DNA from: Marsupella aquatica
Taxonomy: Eukaryota; Plantae; Marchantiophyta
Length of the DNA: 64,000 nt
Direction: 5' to 3'
Assembly: GCA_973895155.1 (NCBI GenBank)
Contig: OZ316891.1
Location: 19,741,048-19,805,047, forward strand
In this document: one piece after another, positions 26,381-40,715 of the stretch
Layout of the letters: the number at the start of each line of letters is the position of its first letter
How positions within the stretch are numbered: position 1 is the stretch's first letter
Made by a program: the position numbers and the translations under genes
Notes under the pieces: generated by a model
What the model saw: the letters and a program-made list of their open reading frames with translations, nothing else
What the model was told of the DNA's origin: nothing
Databases searched by the model: none

Positions 26381-29300
26381 TAGTGGTGCCCACCCGTGCA
26401 TCAGACATCTCATATTCGCTCCCCAGAAAACACATATGTGTGGTAACTGCACATAGAAGAGAATAGTCAAATACATAAAAGTAACAACACTTAGTGAATC
26501 AAAAAAGCAATTGGATTTTATCATGGTATGGAATATCATTGAACCAGTGAGTGATTACCACGTAGCACAGTACACCCTATACAACTAGTTTTTAATGTGC
26601 AATTACTGTCGGGCTTGTTCTTTCCCTTGCTTGCTATTATGTCCAGTTTGCGAGTGCAAAGGCCCCCAGGTAGCCTCCTCCTGTGATTACACCCCTATAT
26701 ATCTGTTATGCAACCTCCACATATAGCATGCTCATCGTGGAACATGCTTCCATTTTTGTTTTTTTAGTGATATACAGATGTTCTAATTAAAATATAAACA
26801 GGACATTGACTAGGAAGACTTAGAGTCTATGATATTGAAACTTGTGCACATAAGGTACAAAAAAAAAAGTACACATATAAAGAAAAATAATAATGAACAG
26901 GAAAGTTTAAGTTTATGGTATTGGGATGTGCACATAATGTACATGAGTAGAGATATTTATGTACTTACTTTAGGTAATGACACTCAAAATAAATATTTTT
27001 ATTTTTATTCATTAAAACCTTAAATTTAGGACACAAAACCATGAGTAGTACTTAAAGACATAAAGTGTGCACATTATTTAGATCATTTCTTCTGTACTCA
27101 TGAGAATAAGGGCTAGAAATTCAACCACCTTTGTTACAAGGTGGATGATCTTAAAATATAGCAAAGATTTAAAAAAATTAGAGGGGTGCCAGAATAAATT
27201 GGAAATCTAAACTATACAAGGGATGCACCTTGGTAAGACACATTGAAATAAAAATGCATAACAAAAGAAGTTTGAATAAGACAAAATACTGAAAGTTGCA
27301 TTCACCATATAGCAGCTTCAAAAAAATCTCATTACTCTCTTTGCAATGAGTACTACAGTATACATAAGGTAAATAGGCATTTCTGTTGGGAAAGTATATC
27401 ATCAGAACCAAGCCCAAACTGCTCCACTCCAAACCTCGGGACAATGCAGTCTCATGAGATTAATGCTACTCTGACTGGTGCCCTTCAGCCATTTGTTTTA
27501 GGTGAGACTTTGCCTAAATCTCAATTATCCAGGGTGAGAAATGGGGGCAAAGAAACTCATTTTGGGGACTCTTTTTTGCCAGAGCAAAATGAAAGTGCTC
27601 TGACTAACCAAACCATTCCGGGGCCTTTTATTGGGTGTACTACCACAGAAAATGCTAGCCTAGGCCTATAGTTACTCTAAGTCATTGGGTAGCTAAGATC
27701 ACATGTGTTAATCAGGTGCTCCATAGCTTAGTGAGAGGAACCCTGGTGCCCCTTGAACAAACCTGTATGGAGATAACCAAAATCCTTGCTATATCTGTCA
27801 TGTAACATAATTGTTTGTTGTGCTTGGAATGATTCAATTTCATTGATTTACAGTATTTCCAGGGAGCAGGGGGTAGCCTCCATTGCTCACAGGGTAGGGC
27901 AATACTTGGCAAGGAACCTGAAAGAGACACCGAACCTTGGGGTTACGTACCATGACAGTGAACAAAACTTTTCGTTCTATTTTAGATGAATGCTAAAGTT
28001 GTTTCATAGATGGAAAGGCTTTTCCTTTTCCTGTGCCTGAAATCGGGTACCATCATTGCACCTACATTGGCCTGTAATTTAAGAAAACAACATGATAGAT
28101 GCATTACAAGTGAATTGCTGGCATGACCCGTGTATCACATGCTTCACATGGATAGGCTGGTTAATCATACTTGAATTTCTTCAGGAATTTCATCCACTGT
28201 CCTGTTACTTTGCTTTGCAAATTCAACCTCTATTTTTTCCTGCTTAGGAGAGTGTGTTGGACAGAGCTCAAAATTCAGCTTTCTTTCACACCAAGCAACA
28301 CAAATTTTTGTTGGGGCTAGGGAGGTTTAGGGAGCCTAAAATTTACTTGTTCCGGGCATCACCTAGTGTCACTGATAGCAACTAAAACTAGGTAGCAACA
28401 GGTCTGTCAGGATTTGGACTGTCTTAATATACTTCCCACTTGCAGAATTTGCTTAGCTCTGTCTCAAGTTGCCTGAGCCATGTATGAAAGACATAAGCAG
28501 GCGGGTAATTGTAACATGCGAGCAAACAGTAAAACATTCTTGCATGACCCCTATGTTTCTACATCCAACTGCCTCGCTATCAACTACCTGGTTGGTGACA
28601 TCCCTTTTACTATCCTTTTTGCTAGCAAGCTCGCTAGCCATCTGGAGTCATTAAAAAAACACAAAAAATATAAAAGGCACCAAAAAGCAAATGAAATTTG
28701 AAACTATTAGTGTCTTGCTAATAACATTCTCCTTGCTATCAAAATCTTCTGTTTGTTCGCAACATAGAATACCTTTAAGCAGGCTTCACAGATCTACTGA
28801 CTCCTCTAGTCGTTTAAACAACAGCAATGTCTGCTTAGTCCTGTACCTTTCAATTACAATGACTGAAACCCTGTGGGTTCTAAGTAGAATTCAAGCCATC
28901 TAATTAAATTGCAAGTCTTCTTTGCCCTTACCATATACGTGGCTAAGAAATAGCTGCATTTCATCTATACAACTGTATGAGGGTATTTGTTTTTCAAGAA
29001 TTTATTGGTTTGAGTTCCCAACCAGCTCTGGTTCATCGCTAACTCTTTCATCTCAAATAGAACCAAAATACAGTTAGAGTATTGCTTCAAATCGGATCAT
29101 ATTTAGAGGGAACAAATGGCTAGCAGCAAGTATTTAAATCGAAAATGTCAAGGGTTTTGAGAGTTTCTCCTGAGTTTGCATGGTACATACAAATTGCAAA
29201 CCTTCCAAAGATGCATCGAGACATGGATTGATTTGGTCTTGCTTTATGTCCTAGCCCATCCCGTTATCATGTAACGGGATAGGCATGTTTTGATACTCGT

Positions 29301-29739
29301 ATTGTACAAGATTCCTTATTGTACACTAAACTACAGGAGATTTTTTTAATAGGGGGAAACCACGGACTGCCTAGTCATGTATGAGAACATTCCTTTTTAT
29401 GAAAAACACGTTTTGTTTGCTTCTTTGGTTTTTTTCCCTCACTTAGCTTACGTTTACTGCAGCTTCAATTCTGTAAACGTGAATTTCATGCCCAGAGAAA
29501 AACCAAAAAAACAGCAGTTTGGCATCACATATAAATTCACAGTTGGCCATCTTATGAAGTTGGGGCAATCATAAACAAAACTGGACATTTCCCTCCCTGG
29601 ATATAATTGGCCGTTATCTAAGAGAGAATGCCCTACAAGGTAGCAAGCGTTTGGCCACTGGCTGCATCAGTGAGCCAATGTAGCCATGTACTCCACTAAC
29701 CCAGTGGGAGCAATGCAGAAAAGGTGCCGTACTGACCTA

Positions 29740-30025
29740 CCTGTAGATCTAGCTACAGCAGAAGGAGATAGGATTGGAGCTAAATGTAGCTATAGATGTA
29801 GGCTAGCTAGCATTGTAGCTCAATGGAGGAATGTTTGCACTTGTAGCTAACATTATAGCTAAACATAGCTGGAGCATTGGAGCTAAATGTACGTGTAGCT
29901 AAGCTAGCTAGAGTATAAGCTAAGAGTAGATGTAACTACAGTAGCTAGCTAGATGTAGGCATGGCTACAGTAGCTAACATTGTAGCTCAACAAAGCTGGA
30001 GCTCCAATAGCTAGAACTGTAGAAC
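29740..30025. repeat. AGCTA/TAGCT-dense low-complexity cluster
   Basis: About 20 AGCT palindromes in under 300 bp. Confidence 0.75.
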
Positions 30026-30874
30026 GAAGCATGGGGTTTTTTGTAATTTTGTTTTCTAGAAGCATGGGACTCTTGACGGGGAGAAAGGGAGCGAACACTT
30101 GGGAAGCATTCGTTGGAGCCTTGTGAAGACTGTTTGTGTAGACCACATGCACATGTGGAGAGGGGCCAGACAAACGCAGGCACCATGGCCTTGGAACGTG
30201 GTTCGATGCTATATTTGGTGGCAATATTGGGGCTAGTGGTGTAGACAAAATGTCTAGTAACCTGGTCACTATGGGCAGGTCTCTCTCGCCAGGTCTCTAT
30301 GCACAAGACCTGGAATTCTTTGTCACTAGATCAGATCCTGCCAACAAAAGACATCCCCAGGAGATGGCACACATGCTTAACCTAATCCTGATCCTGGGAA
30401 AACACCCAGTAAATTATCATTTTTGTTGTGGTTGGGTGGGGTGGGGGCGAGGGGGGATGGGGAGCACTAACGGAAGCAATCTTCAAATGTTTTCCATGCA
30501 ATGGTTGGACAAGAAGCTGAAGTGGTGTGGATACATTGCTACAGTCATTTGAATAAACATGTGTTTCTCATGTAATATTTCAGTAGAAAGCTTCAATAAG
30601 GAAAACTCCCCTAAAAAAGCTATACAAAATAAAATGGAGGAAAAGAAAAGAGGCCCAGGGAGAGGACAACACCAAACTCAAAAGAAAAGGACCAACACAC
30701 CCCAGGCAGTTGGTTACGCATACACCATTGGGAGCAGCTTCAGGAAGATGACTTTCTTCAAACCTGCTCCTTTTAAACACGTGTTATGTCTGACCCAACT
30801 CGACATTCTAGTCTTCCAGAGCATAGGCACCTTTGTCAAGATTGTCGTTTAGCCTAGACAGACATATATTGCAG

Positions 30875-32900
30875 TGTAGTCTAGGCCTTTTCCCCCACCA
30901 TGACTGCTCCACCTGGTAAGGCCACCTTGACTACCTTTCATGATCTCCCTCTGCAGCCTGTGACCATCTTCCCTTATTTGTCAAGGATTTTGAGCCCAAG
31001 GAGAATATTCAATTTAGTAGGGACCATTTTACCTATGTTTTCCACCATGCTTGGTGTTGTTCTTCACCTTGATTAATGGGGTGTACTCCAGGTGGATGTC
31101 TCTAATGTTTTCAACACAGTCGCACAGGCAGCTATATTTCATGCATTGAGGGTGGCAAATCCAGACAGCTAGCGAGTCCCTCATCTCATTTGTCCATTAT
31201 TTTTATGGGTTTGAGAGCCCCCTCTTATAGTAATCACACCTCTACAGGAGAGTATACCACTATTTCTACTACAAAAGGTACCTGGAATTCTTTTTGTCAT
31301 TGCCCATTTTACAGCCCCACGGGCAGCCTTGTGCCGCCCACCCCTTGTGTATATTCCCCTCACTTTAAGATGACACCCACATCATTGGTCCATCCATTGA
31401 GGTTGCCTCTGCCCTTACCACCCCTTAAGACCCTTTGTTGGACCTTGGTTTATGGGTTCAGCCTGTGAAAGGTTGTGCATGGATTTATGTTTGGTTACCC
31501 TCTGATTTTGAGCTTCCCCCCAGGTTCTTACGTCCAGCAGGATGTCTTTCGATCCATGGTTCCCCAATCTATGTTGCTATGGACCTTTTTCTTGTTTTTA
31601 TAGCGAATGCTTTACAGGCTTCTCTAGCCCCAACTCCTTTGCTCCTAAGTTAGTAGGTACTCAAGCAACACTTGGGATGTTGTTGAGATGCCTGCACCCT
31701 CCGCATGTTATCTACATAGGACGTATGCCCATACCAAGGATCTTTGTCTACACCTACAAAAGCGTTTTATGTCTCCATTGAAGGGGTCTTTGCTCTCATC
31801 TACGTGGCTTCCTTTTCGCTCACTTTCCTCTTTCACATGGAGGTTTTGGACTTACTTAAATTGAGAACATTGCACCTCTGGCACTTTTGGAGGCATGGGC
31901 GGCCATTTTCTCATTGCTGACCAATTGTTTCTTTGTTGAGGATTGGCCTTTTCACTTTCATCTCTCATGGAGGTTGAGGAGGGATCCGTCCCATTGCTGG
32001 TTCATTCGCCACAGGGGTGGTCATCACTACCGGGACCTTGTACGAGCAACAACACCTTCAAGAGTTGTTATCCTGGGACCCTGTCCCTTGCCTTGGACAT
32101 CTTTAGGTTGACCTTGCTGGGCATATGCTTGCTTCCTCCCTCTTTAGCATCCTCATTGTGACACCACAAACAGACCAATTAAGGTTGCATTCTTTCTTCT
32201 GGAGGGAAGGGTGGAGGAGGGTGGCTTCAGGCCAAACTCACCAATCCTCATCTGCAAATTCTTTAAAGAATCCTAAACTTGCATGCGTCTTTGTCTGGGG
32301 TTACCCTTCTCACTTTTTGTAGGTTTATGTACTTACAGCACATGTGGGAAGCCTTGTGATGCCACAAGGGTCCATCGTCTTTGGTGCAATTTGGGTGGTA
32401 GGACCCAAATTGATCGTGAGCTCTGTGGATGATACTTTTCAGGTTCTCTCTAGGTCTTGGGACATCTGCCGCAGGAGGTGGTGCTTGAGTTACCTCGTCC
32501 TCCACCACAGAAATTATGGGTTGCTCTCTTACCATGGTTCATGATGGTTGGTGCACTTTGGCTAATGTCGTGGTGGGCAACCCTTGAGCTAAGACTCATT
32601 GAGCCAATGGCAACAACCATAGGGGCAGCGGGTGACAATGACCAAAGAGGGAAAAATACTTGCCTGACCTTCATCTGATGGCTTTGTCCCCCTTGCTCTT
32701 GAGATATAGGGTGACTCTATCATCCATTTGATGGGTTTATTAGACAGGCTGCTTGTGATGTTCGTGGACAAATGGGTCCCACCTGACACTTGCTATCTTG
32801 ATCATACTTTATATAGTTGGCGCATCACAGACATTAGAGGGTGCTCAAGCTGAAGCAATCTATCAAGGAGATCTATCATAAATTTCTCATAGTGGGTGTC
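30875..32900 (+). mobile_element. Old, highly decayed CRE-like copy (copy D)
   Basis: Colinear remnants: DVSNVFN, SL*DDTH, SLMEVEEGS, TCGKPCDAT, QEVVLELPRPPPQKL, PLALEI. Many indels; boundaries approximate. Confidence 0.8.
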
Positions 32901-33259
32901 AGGGTTGTGACGCATTTACTCTTAGGTTTGGGGTTACAATCATAGTTAGGGCAACTAACCCAAGTCGTGAACTAAGTTAGGCTAACTAGACTGCACAATG
33001 TATCTCAATCAGTGTTTGCTTGGATAGGCGGAATTCAGGCTCATTGTTATTGAGCCAGTTGAGAGAGGGAGATCTTGCATTTTGGCAACTCGATATGGCC
33101 GACGGGCCTAGAGTGAAATAAAGCTCTTGTGTGTTCCTGTGAATGTTGCCTCAGCTGAGGTGAACCACATATCTATGTGTCAAATACTGTTGCGTTGGAT
33201 GATCATGGGCTTGTTGTTGTGAATGTTGTCTTTGCTCAACAAGTGTAGCTCCCTAGGAG

Positions 33260-33475
33260 CTTGCCCTAAATCCTTCATCTTAAACTCTGCACTGAGCATT
33301 GCCTTGAGCTTAACATCCTCAGACCTATCCTTGCTTGCAATAAGCATGTCATCCACATAAAATACTAAAATAAGGAACCCAATGACAACATTTTTCACCG
33401 GTTTAAGATACACTCAAGGGTCAAACACACTCCTGCGAAAACATTGTGCACGAATCCAATCGTCAGACCGTTTAT
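33260..33475 (-). mobile_element. Ty1/copia reverse transcriptase fragment
   Basis: Translation LILVFYVDDMLIASKDRSEDVKLKAMLSAEFKMKDLG, preceded by a decayed RSVFDP*VY. Confidence 0.85.
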
Positions 33476-36400
33476 TTCACTCTCTTGATGACTACTTCAA
33501 CCCCCCTCAAGTACATTCCTATCCCACTTGTAGATTTAGTTAATATGACCGACACTATATGTGTATCATTAACTTTTGCCACATTTGCTTTAGATGTGGA
33601 CCCTTAGTCCATCCCACTTGGGAAAGCAATAGAAAAATTTCCCTTTTATTTCTTCTTTCTTTTTCAGTCTTAGGGTTGCATTTGCCTCTTTATTATGCTT
33701 GATGTTTGTCCTCTTTTTCTTTCCCTTCATTATACTTTGTTGATTCCCTTTTGCATAAATTATGGTAATTTTCTTCCCCAAAACATATCAAGAAGAAACT
33801 AGGAGATAAAAGTCTACCATTCGGACAATAATATGATGATCTGAATAGAACACATCTAGTTTAAAAAGCTGTTTGAGTTAAGAGAAGGGTTTGTTCAAAA
33901 ATGAGATTGACTTAAGAAGTTTGAACTTGAAACATTGCTCAGCACATTGCTTGCTGAGACTTTACTATTGGGGTATGCTTCTTAAGACACTCAATTCGAG
34001 CAAAATTTGCACTTATGTGAATCCAACCACTAAAAGTAACATTCTAAACTGTGCACATATGCATTCTCATGTCTTCAATTTCTGTGTGAGATGGGCCACA
34101 TGCAGTAACAGGCAGCACTGAAAGTTGGAACCAATAAATAGCATAGATGACTGAATTTTACAAGAATGCCAGTCCAGAATGAAGACAATAGTCTTTTTGT
34201 CATTGGAGATTGACAATCGTTATAAAGTGGGTTGTTATAAAGTGGTTGTGGAAACTTAAGTCGGGATGACCAATAGGTTGTCCATGAAATGGCCATGGAT
34301 AAATGAAATTTGAATGGACTGGGCTAAAACATAAAAAAATATGCATGGATAGTACTGTTTGTTTTCTGTCCACAAAGTACAGTGTCATTGACCAAATCAT
34401 CACTTCTGTCCAAGTATTATCCCTGTCACTACCTCTCTCATGATTTATGTTCAAAAGGTTCATTGTCAATGGCCAAGGCACTATCGATTGAGAGCTTGGC
34501 TGCCTTCTCCAAATTTCCTTTTTCTCCAGAATTACTAACTATTTTTCAGGTCCTTAAACGTCTTATCTAACCTTTATGATTGATGAAACTTTTAGTAAAT
34601 TGGTTTTACTCATTACACCTCAAGTACTTTGTTCAATGGTCTGAATCCAAGATAATGAACTTAATTTCATTGAAAATATTTGTATTTTCATAATAAACCT
34701 CAAAAGCCCCATTAAAGGAGGAAAGCAAACAACACAAAGACTCATGAACCAAGTGAACAACCCCAACCCAAGAAAGGCACAGGGGTATCTAAAGCCCAAA
34801 TAAGCTCATTTTTCACAAAGAGATTGGAATTTTTCTACACACTTCCTTGATATTTTTGGGCATTGAAACTTTGCAAAAGGACTACACAAGCTCTAGAAAC
34901 TTTGCTATAATATCTTGTTTTTCATAGAGCATTGCTCTTGCTACCAATATTGTGATAATTTTTCTGCTGCAAAGCCAAAGCGAATTTGAATCTAAATGAA
35001 CATTGTTGACGGCTCATTTTTAGATTGCATTGCTCTTGTTACAAAGAGCGCTCAGAGAAAATTTTTTCCGCTACAGAGCTATTGGAAATCCCGTCTTTCA
35101 TACAAGGCGTTGCTCTTGTTACATGAAGCACCTCCAGTACTTTGCCACTGCGGAGCTACAGGAGATTTTAAATGTGCACCTTCAGTCTATTCCCCACATT
35201 CTCAGTATGACTTTTAGGTGCACATGATGTTTTTATCTTGACAAAAATCACTTTTAGGTGCACATAATGTTCTTATCTTGACAAAAATGTAAGTACAAAA
35301 TTAATAAGAAAATAATGTGTTCCTTGTCACAATCCATAGAGATAACTACAATAGAGACAACGTAACAGTTTTTAGTTATCTGGACTTTAGTTTTGGATTG
35401 CGGTGATTGCAAATCAAGAAGCAACATGGAGGTATGTAATATGAACAATACTCACAATTCTGTCAACTTTAACGTGATAGAGTAAGATTTGCCTCTTATT
35501 AACACTGTGTGGGCACTTGCCATACGGCACAACACACACGTGTGATGGTGCTTTTTTATGTGCATTTATCACAGGACTTATGAATCCTTCCTTTCCTTCG
35601 TTGTTGCACTTTTAATTTGTCTGATATGGACTCATATTTACGTTCACAGTTTGTCCTATCCATTGAATGTATGGGATACGAAGATCTGTATAGGAACCAA
35701 ATCTGAAGATCTATACAAAGTCCAATCCTTCAATGTTTTGACTGTATTTCTCTCGTATGTATTCCAATTTGTCGTATATGATTACTAACAAATATACACT
35801 GTAAATTTGTCGTTTCTTGTCATGTTAACCCAATTGACGGTACTGTCAGTCACACATGACGGATTACATAAGGAAGCCAGGATGGACCTCCACCTAAGCC
35901 AAAAACGCCCCCATGGATTTCGAGAACCCCCATGGACCTCTGGAAAACGACACATTTGACTCTAATAACAATTTAACATTTACGCCAGAGATGTGATCTG
36001 TATCGCACATCAATTTAAAGGCATAACAGAGAAGTGCGGTGGAGAAGTGTAATTCCAACCTCTGGCGTAGATTCAAACAAAACTGTTATATGCTCAACCA
36101 AACATATGTATAGGTTAGACTAACTTGGGAAGGATGTAATCAGTTTTGAACTAGTTATAATTATTCCCAATAACAATGTGGGTGAAAAGGGAAATTTTGA
36201 TGGCCAAAGTGAAATAACCAGGGGTAGAAAGGGGAGGGAGGTAAGGTAGTTCATAGGTAGGTTCCATTGGTTTACATACTTGTAGTGAGGGCACAGGACT
36301 GCACATCAGTCAGTTTTGCCTTATTGCTTCTAACACATGCCTTCCTTCATGTTCCAATGTCTCCATCTCCATGGGTGGGTGCTGTCCACTAGTAACCCTC

Positions 36401-37140
36401 ACAATCATCTATTGTGAAGGCTGTCCACTAGTAACCCTCACAATCATCTATTGTGAAGGCTCATTGATCCTGACCCTCCTCAGTGTACTCAATCCAATTC
36501 AAATCTTCCTTAGTGTCTTCAAATTCCATATAATCCCCAGTTGGAGGCTCACTTGGGCAAAGCCATGTAGAGGATGTATCTTCTTCGTGGTCTGCTCCCT
36601 CATCCATGACGAAACTTCTTTCATGACACTTGTATCTGGCCATGTCATTGACTCCACGTCCCAAGTCAGGATGAACCCACCACCTTCTCATTGCGGCTGG
36701 CAAGAAATTCCATAGTGACAAGGTTGGTTGGGTTAATTTGTTTGTCAGTCAGTGTTTTAAGCATTCCCACATAGATTTTTCTAAAAATCAGGCAATATTA
36801 CATGTTCCGATTATAAGATGCCAGGTGTCATGTGTGTATATCCTACATGAAATTCACTAACTTTTCTTTATGCCTTCCGTGGAAGGCAATCCAATTTATG
36901 ATGGCCTGTTGTTCTTTTAACCAGATAATGAAAGAAAATGAAAGCTATTGTTCTTCTACAAAATTTTATAAGTAGTGCGGCAGGATTATCTAAAAACCCC
37001 TTTACTTTTTGCATGTGACTGATCCCTTCTCCAAAAGCAATCCCCCAACATGATTTTGTGTACCTTATAATAAAATGATGGGTTTGCCCAATATTTATAG
37101 CCAGTTGTATGGCTGTTCGTCAAAGGCATTTCCTGTCTCA

Positions 37141-37179
37141 TCCCCCACCGCTAACCCCCCCCCCCCCCCTTTCCCTCTC

Positions 37180-37210
<31 letters not shown>

Positions 37211-37216
37211 ACACAC
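37141..37216. repeat. Poly-C tracts plus (CA)n microsatellite
   Basis: Seen directly in the sequence. Confidence 0.9.
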
Positions 37217-39725
37217 CAAAAAAGAAACAATAGAGACAAAGAGCGCCAGAAACTGTCAAGGTTTAGCAGTGTCACTACCAGTGTTAAAGTAAATCTTTGT
37301 AGCATCAAAACCACAAGAGATCCCCTCAGAAGCAGATTACAGGATAATAGAGAATTCAGTAGACTTTCTTGTCCCACATTATCTCGTGTCCATCACTCAT
37401 ATGAATTGTGACAGTTCACCTTGAACTCACGAAGTGACCCAAGCAAAACCTGTGTACAGTCCAGCCTAACATCATTGACTACCTTAGATCTATTATTATT
37501 GATGTCCTGAGAAAAGCCAAATGCCAAAATGTTGCGGCTCTTGTCGAATCGGGTATGGAATCCTAGGAAGGTCACTCCACACAACTACAATAATATATTC
37601 AATGAACAATCCAATATGTGAAAAGGTGGAACTTCAAGGATATAAATATTTCATTCGCAATGGATACAGGGCATCCTCAAATGGTTCTGGATTGAGGTTT
37701 TATTTTATAATAAGATTTTCTTATTGACACAGAAAAATCTTTCATCCAGTGAAGAGTTGAGCACCCATGCATCAAATTTATTGCACATTCATTGTGTTTC
37801 CTGGGCAGTTGGTTTGTCAATTAATTTGGTTTGTAATTGTTTACAATGGTTTACAATTACAATTGGCTTACAATGGTTAGTAATTGTGTAACCAATTACA
37901 CAATCATGCCTCTTTGGGCTAGATTTTTATTTATCAATAAGTTTTGATTTTATTATGCAAACCCCACGGATGGGGGAAACTAGTAAGCAGGCTGCTCCTG
38001 GCTTTGGCTGAGTTGGGCCTGCTTGTAAAGGTTCTACCCTAAATCCTCTTCTTAGTGGCCTTTGGTGTTCCCCATTTTCTTCAACAAGTCTATCTACACA
38101 TATATTACAATCTTAGTGTTGGTCAGTGGTTGGAATTTCACAATGAGAAGTGACTTAAAAACTATGTTACTTGCGCCCTATCCTTAAATACTCTGACAAC
38201 ATTTTTGGGGCAAAAAATCACTTGTTTACCAACACCTTGCCCAACCGGCCATAGTTTAGGAGCAGCTGGGTGAGGATGGCGGGAGCATAGCATGCAAACA
38301 AGAGGGCAGCGGATTGTGTACACGAGGCGCAGGGGAAGAGTTTAGGGTTTAGGGTAGAACCATCACTATTGGAACTTCTTTTTCAAGCCCTATCTGTCAA
38401 TGCAAGTACCACCACTTTTAGTTCAACCCCATTTTGTAATTGCAAGTCCTGATTGGCATTGTGATGCTCTTGGGGTTTAGTGGCCCCATCCCGGGTCCAT
38501 ATGACAACAATAGATGGGGAGTGATGGGGGTGATGGCAGCTTAAAGATTTCATATATATGGGCTTCACCCAGTTTCGAGATCACTCCTTGTCATTTTCAA
38601 GAGTGTCATTTATGGTTTCTTTCAAGCTATTTTGCTTGATGTTGCTATTTCTGCCTCTCGGGGTCAATGACAAAAAACCATTGGAACCACCACATGAATC
38701 TAAAATATGCATCTTCATACTATTTTGATAATGAAAAATACACATATACATCCACATAACAAAAAGAGCACACTTCTTTTGGGTCACGTATGGTCTGCCT
38801 TTGGTCTTTTGTAGGACTAAGGTGTAAATATGTCTTTGATGGGTAGTAAATGTGGTTCTTGTATATATCAAGTGCAATAGGACAAAATGCCAAACCTGAG
38901 ACAGGGTCCCAAGAATCGAAAGCCAAATGGACCAAAACATTGTCCTTGCCCATCCCCATGGACTGTGTATAATGATCATTGCTTTACACCAAAAAGAAGA
39001 GAAAACAGTTCACTGATCGTGGATCGCAATTGATGACATGATTACCTTGTGGAGAAAGTAGTCAAGACTTCAAGTCATGTTTGTGAAAATGACCTCTGAA
39101 ATGGCCTTACCACTGAATCTGGTAGATGGGTTGATTTATTTGAAAACTTCAGGATCTCAGTTTAAGCTGAAATTTTTCTAACATGGCCTCTGATGTCCAA
39201 TCTATTGTCTGACAAAGTTCGAGACTTTTTTAAGATCATTTTCTCCACTTCCAATGAACACAAAGATGGTCAAATATTCTAAATAATGATTTCACTTTAC
39301 ACTTGGAGATCTTCGTGTGAGTCAATTGGAAACCTTTTGTTCCTGAGTAATGGCATGAGGTGTTGACACCTTTCAGGTTCAACTTAGCAGGTTTGTCAAG
39401 CTACCCAGGAGACCAGCTGGGTAATGCAATTGAAGCCTGCTACAAACAGTAAAGTGATCCTTTACAGGTCAGATTTCAGTCCAAAGTGTAAATAATATTA
39501 TCTGAGTGACTGTTGTGAACAAATACATCCAAGCTTCCCCAAATCTATTTGGGCTTCACAGACAAGGTGGACGTGAGGTGGAGGTGCATCCTGCTTCCGT
39601 TTGGGTCCAAAGACTAAACAACCCAATAAAGGAAAGGGTAGCCTTTGAATGTTAAAGAAATCTAGGTTTTCTTTCAGACCCACAAACAAATTCGCTCTTT
39701 GCCCTTGGGCACTGTGATATATATC

Positions 39726-39945
39726 TTTGCCACATCCTTTGTAGGATTGTCTGGATGTATTGTACATATGCATTTGTCCTACGTGTATTATTATTCGCTC
39801 TTTGCCACATCCTTTGTAGGATTGTCTGGATGTACTGTAGATGTGCATTTTTCCTACGTGTATTATTCTTCGCAATTTGCCACATGCTTTGTAGGATTGT
39901 CTGGATGTACTGTACATGTGCATTTTTTCTACGTGTATTATTATT
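39726..39945. repeat. Tandem repeat, 3 x 75 bp
   Basis: tttgccacatcctttgtaggattgtctggatgta... at 39726, 39801 and 39876. Confidence 0.92.
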
Positions 39946-40715
39946 ACAAAGAATACCAAATAATTGTAATGTTATCTTAAGAAACGGAATCTTAGTCAAC
40001 CAATAGCCTTGCCTTCACTGCATTCCTTTGGATGATGGGAACCCACGTCAACCTGGAGAAAGGAAGCATGCTTCAACTGCACGGCGATTTTACCACCCAA
40101 CCTCCAACAATTAGACGTTTCCAAAGAGTGTGTCTAGGTGGGTCTTGGCATACGTTTTGTGCTGCTATGTGCTGGTACACATATGGGCATATGGCAGTTG
40201 AATCGTGGTTGAATGCATGCTTCTGACAACCGACAACATAACACGTCAAGATGTTGAGAAATTGAAGTGCGTGAGAAGAAGGAAATGTCATCACTCCCAT
40301 CGGAATAAATAGTTTGGGGCCAAGGTTTAGGATTAATTTATTTATGTTCAAAAGTATATTTTACTCACAAGTAAAATAATACAGTAGTGCCATCCCGGGT
40401 GGCAGAGGAGTTATTTTTCAGGGTAGGAAATAATGTAAGACCAGAATAGTATTCTCCTGGTTTCATTTCTTATTACTCAGAACATTCTTAGAATTTCCAG
40501 ACAACAGCTTTTCTAGGTTAGCAAGGACCCCGAAATGTTTTGTTTGTGGGATGAACTACTGTAGTTATTCATTCCACAAACCAAGATGACATTAAGATAA
40601 AATAGCAGATACAAGCCACTATTTACAAAGAAGAGGCCAAGGAGCCAACAGAACTTTGATTTTATTGGGCTATCTTGCCAGTAGGTCAAACAAAATTGAA
40701 CACGGACTTGAAAAT

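Noticed and set aside
39498-40006. ORFs of 83-153 aa with internal repeats
   Set aside because: By-products of the 75-bp tandem repeat, open in several frames on both strands.
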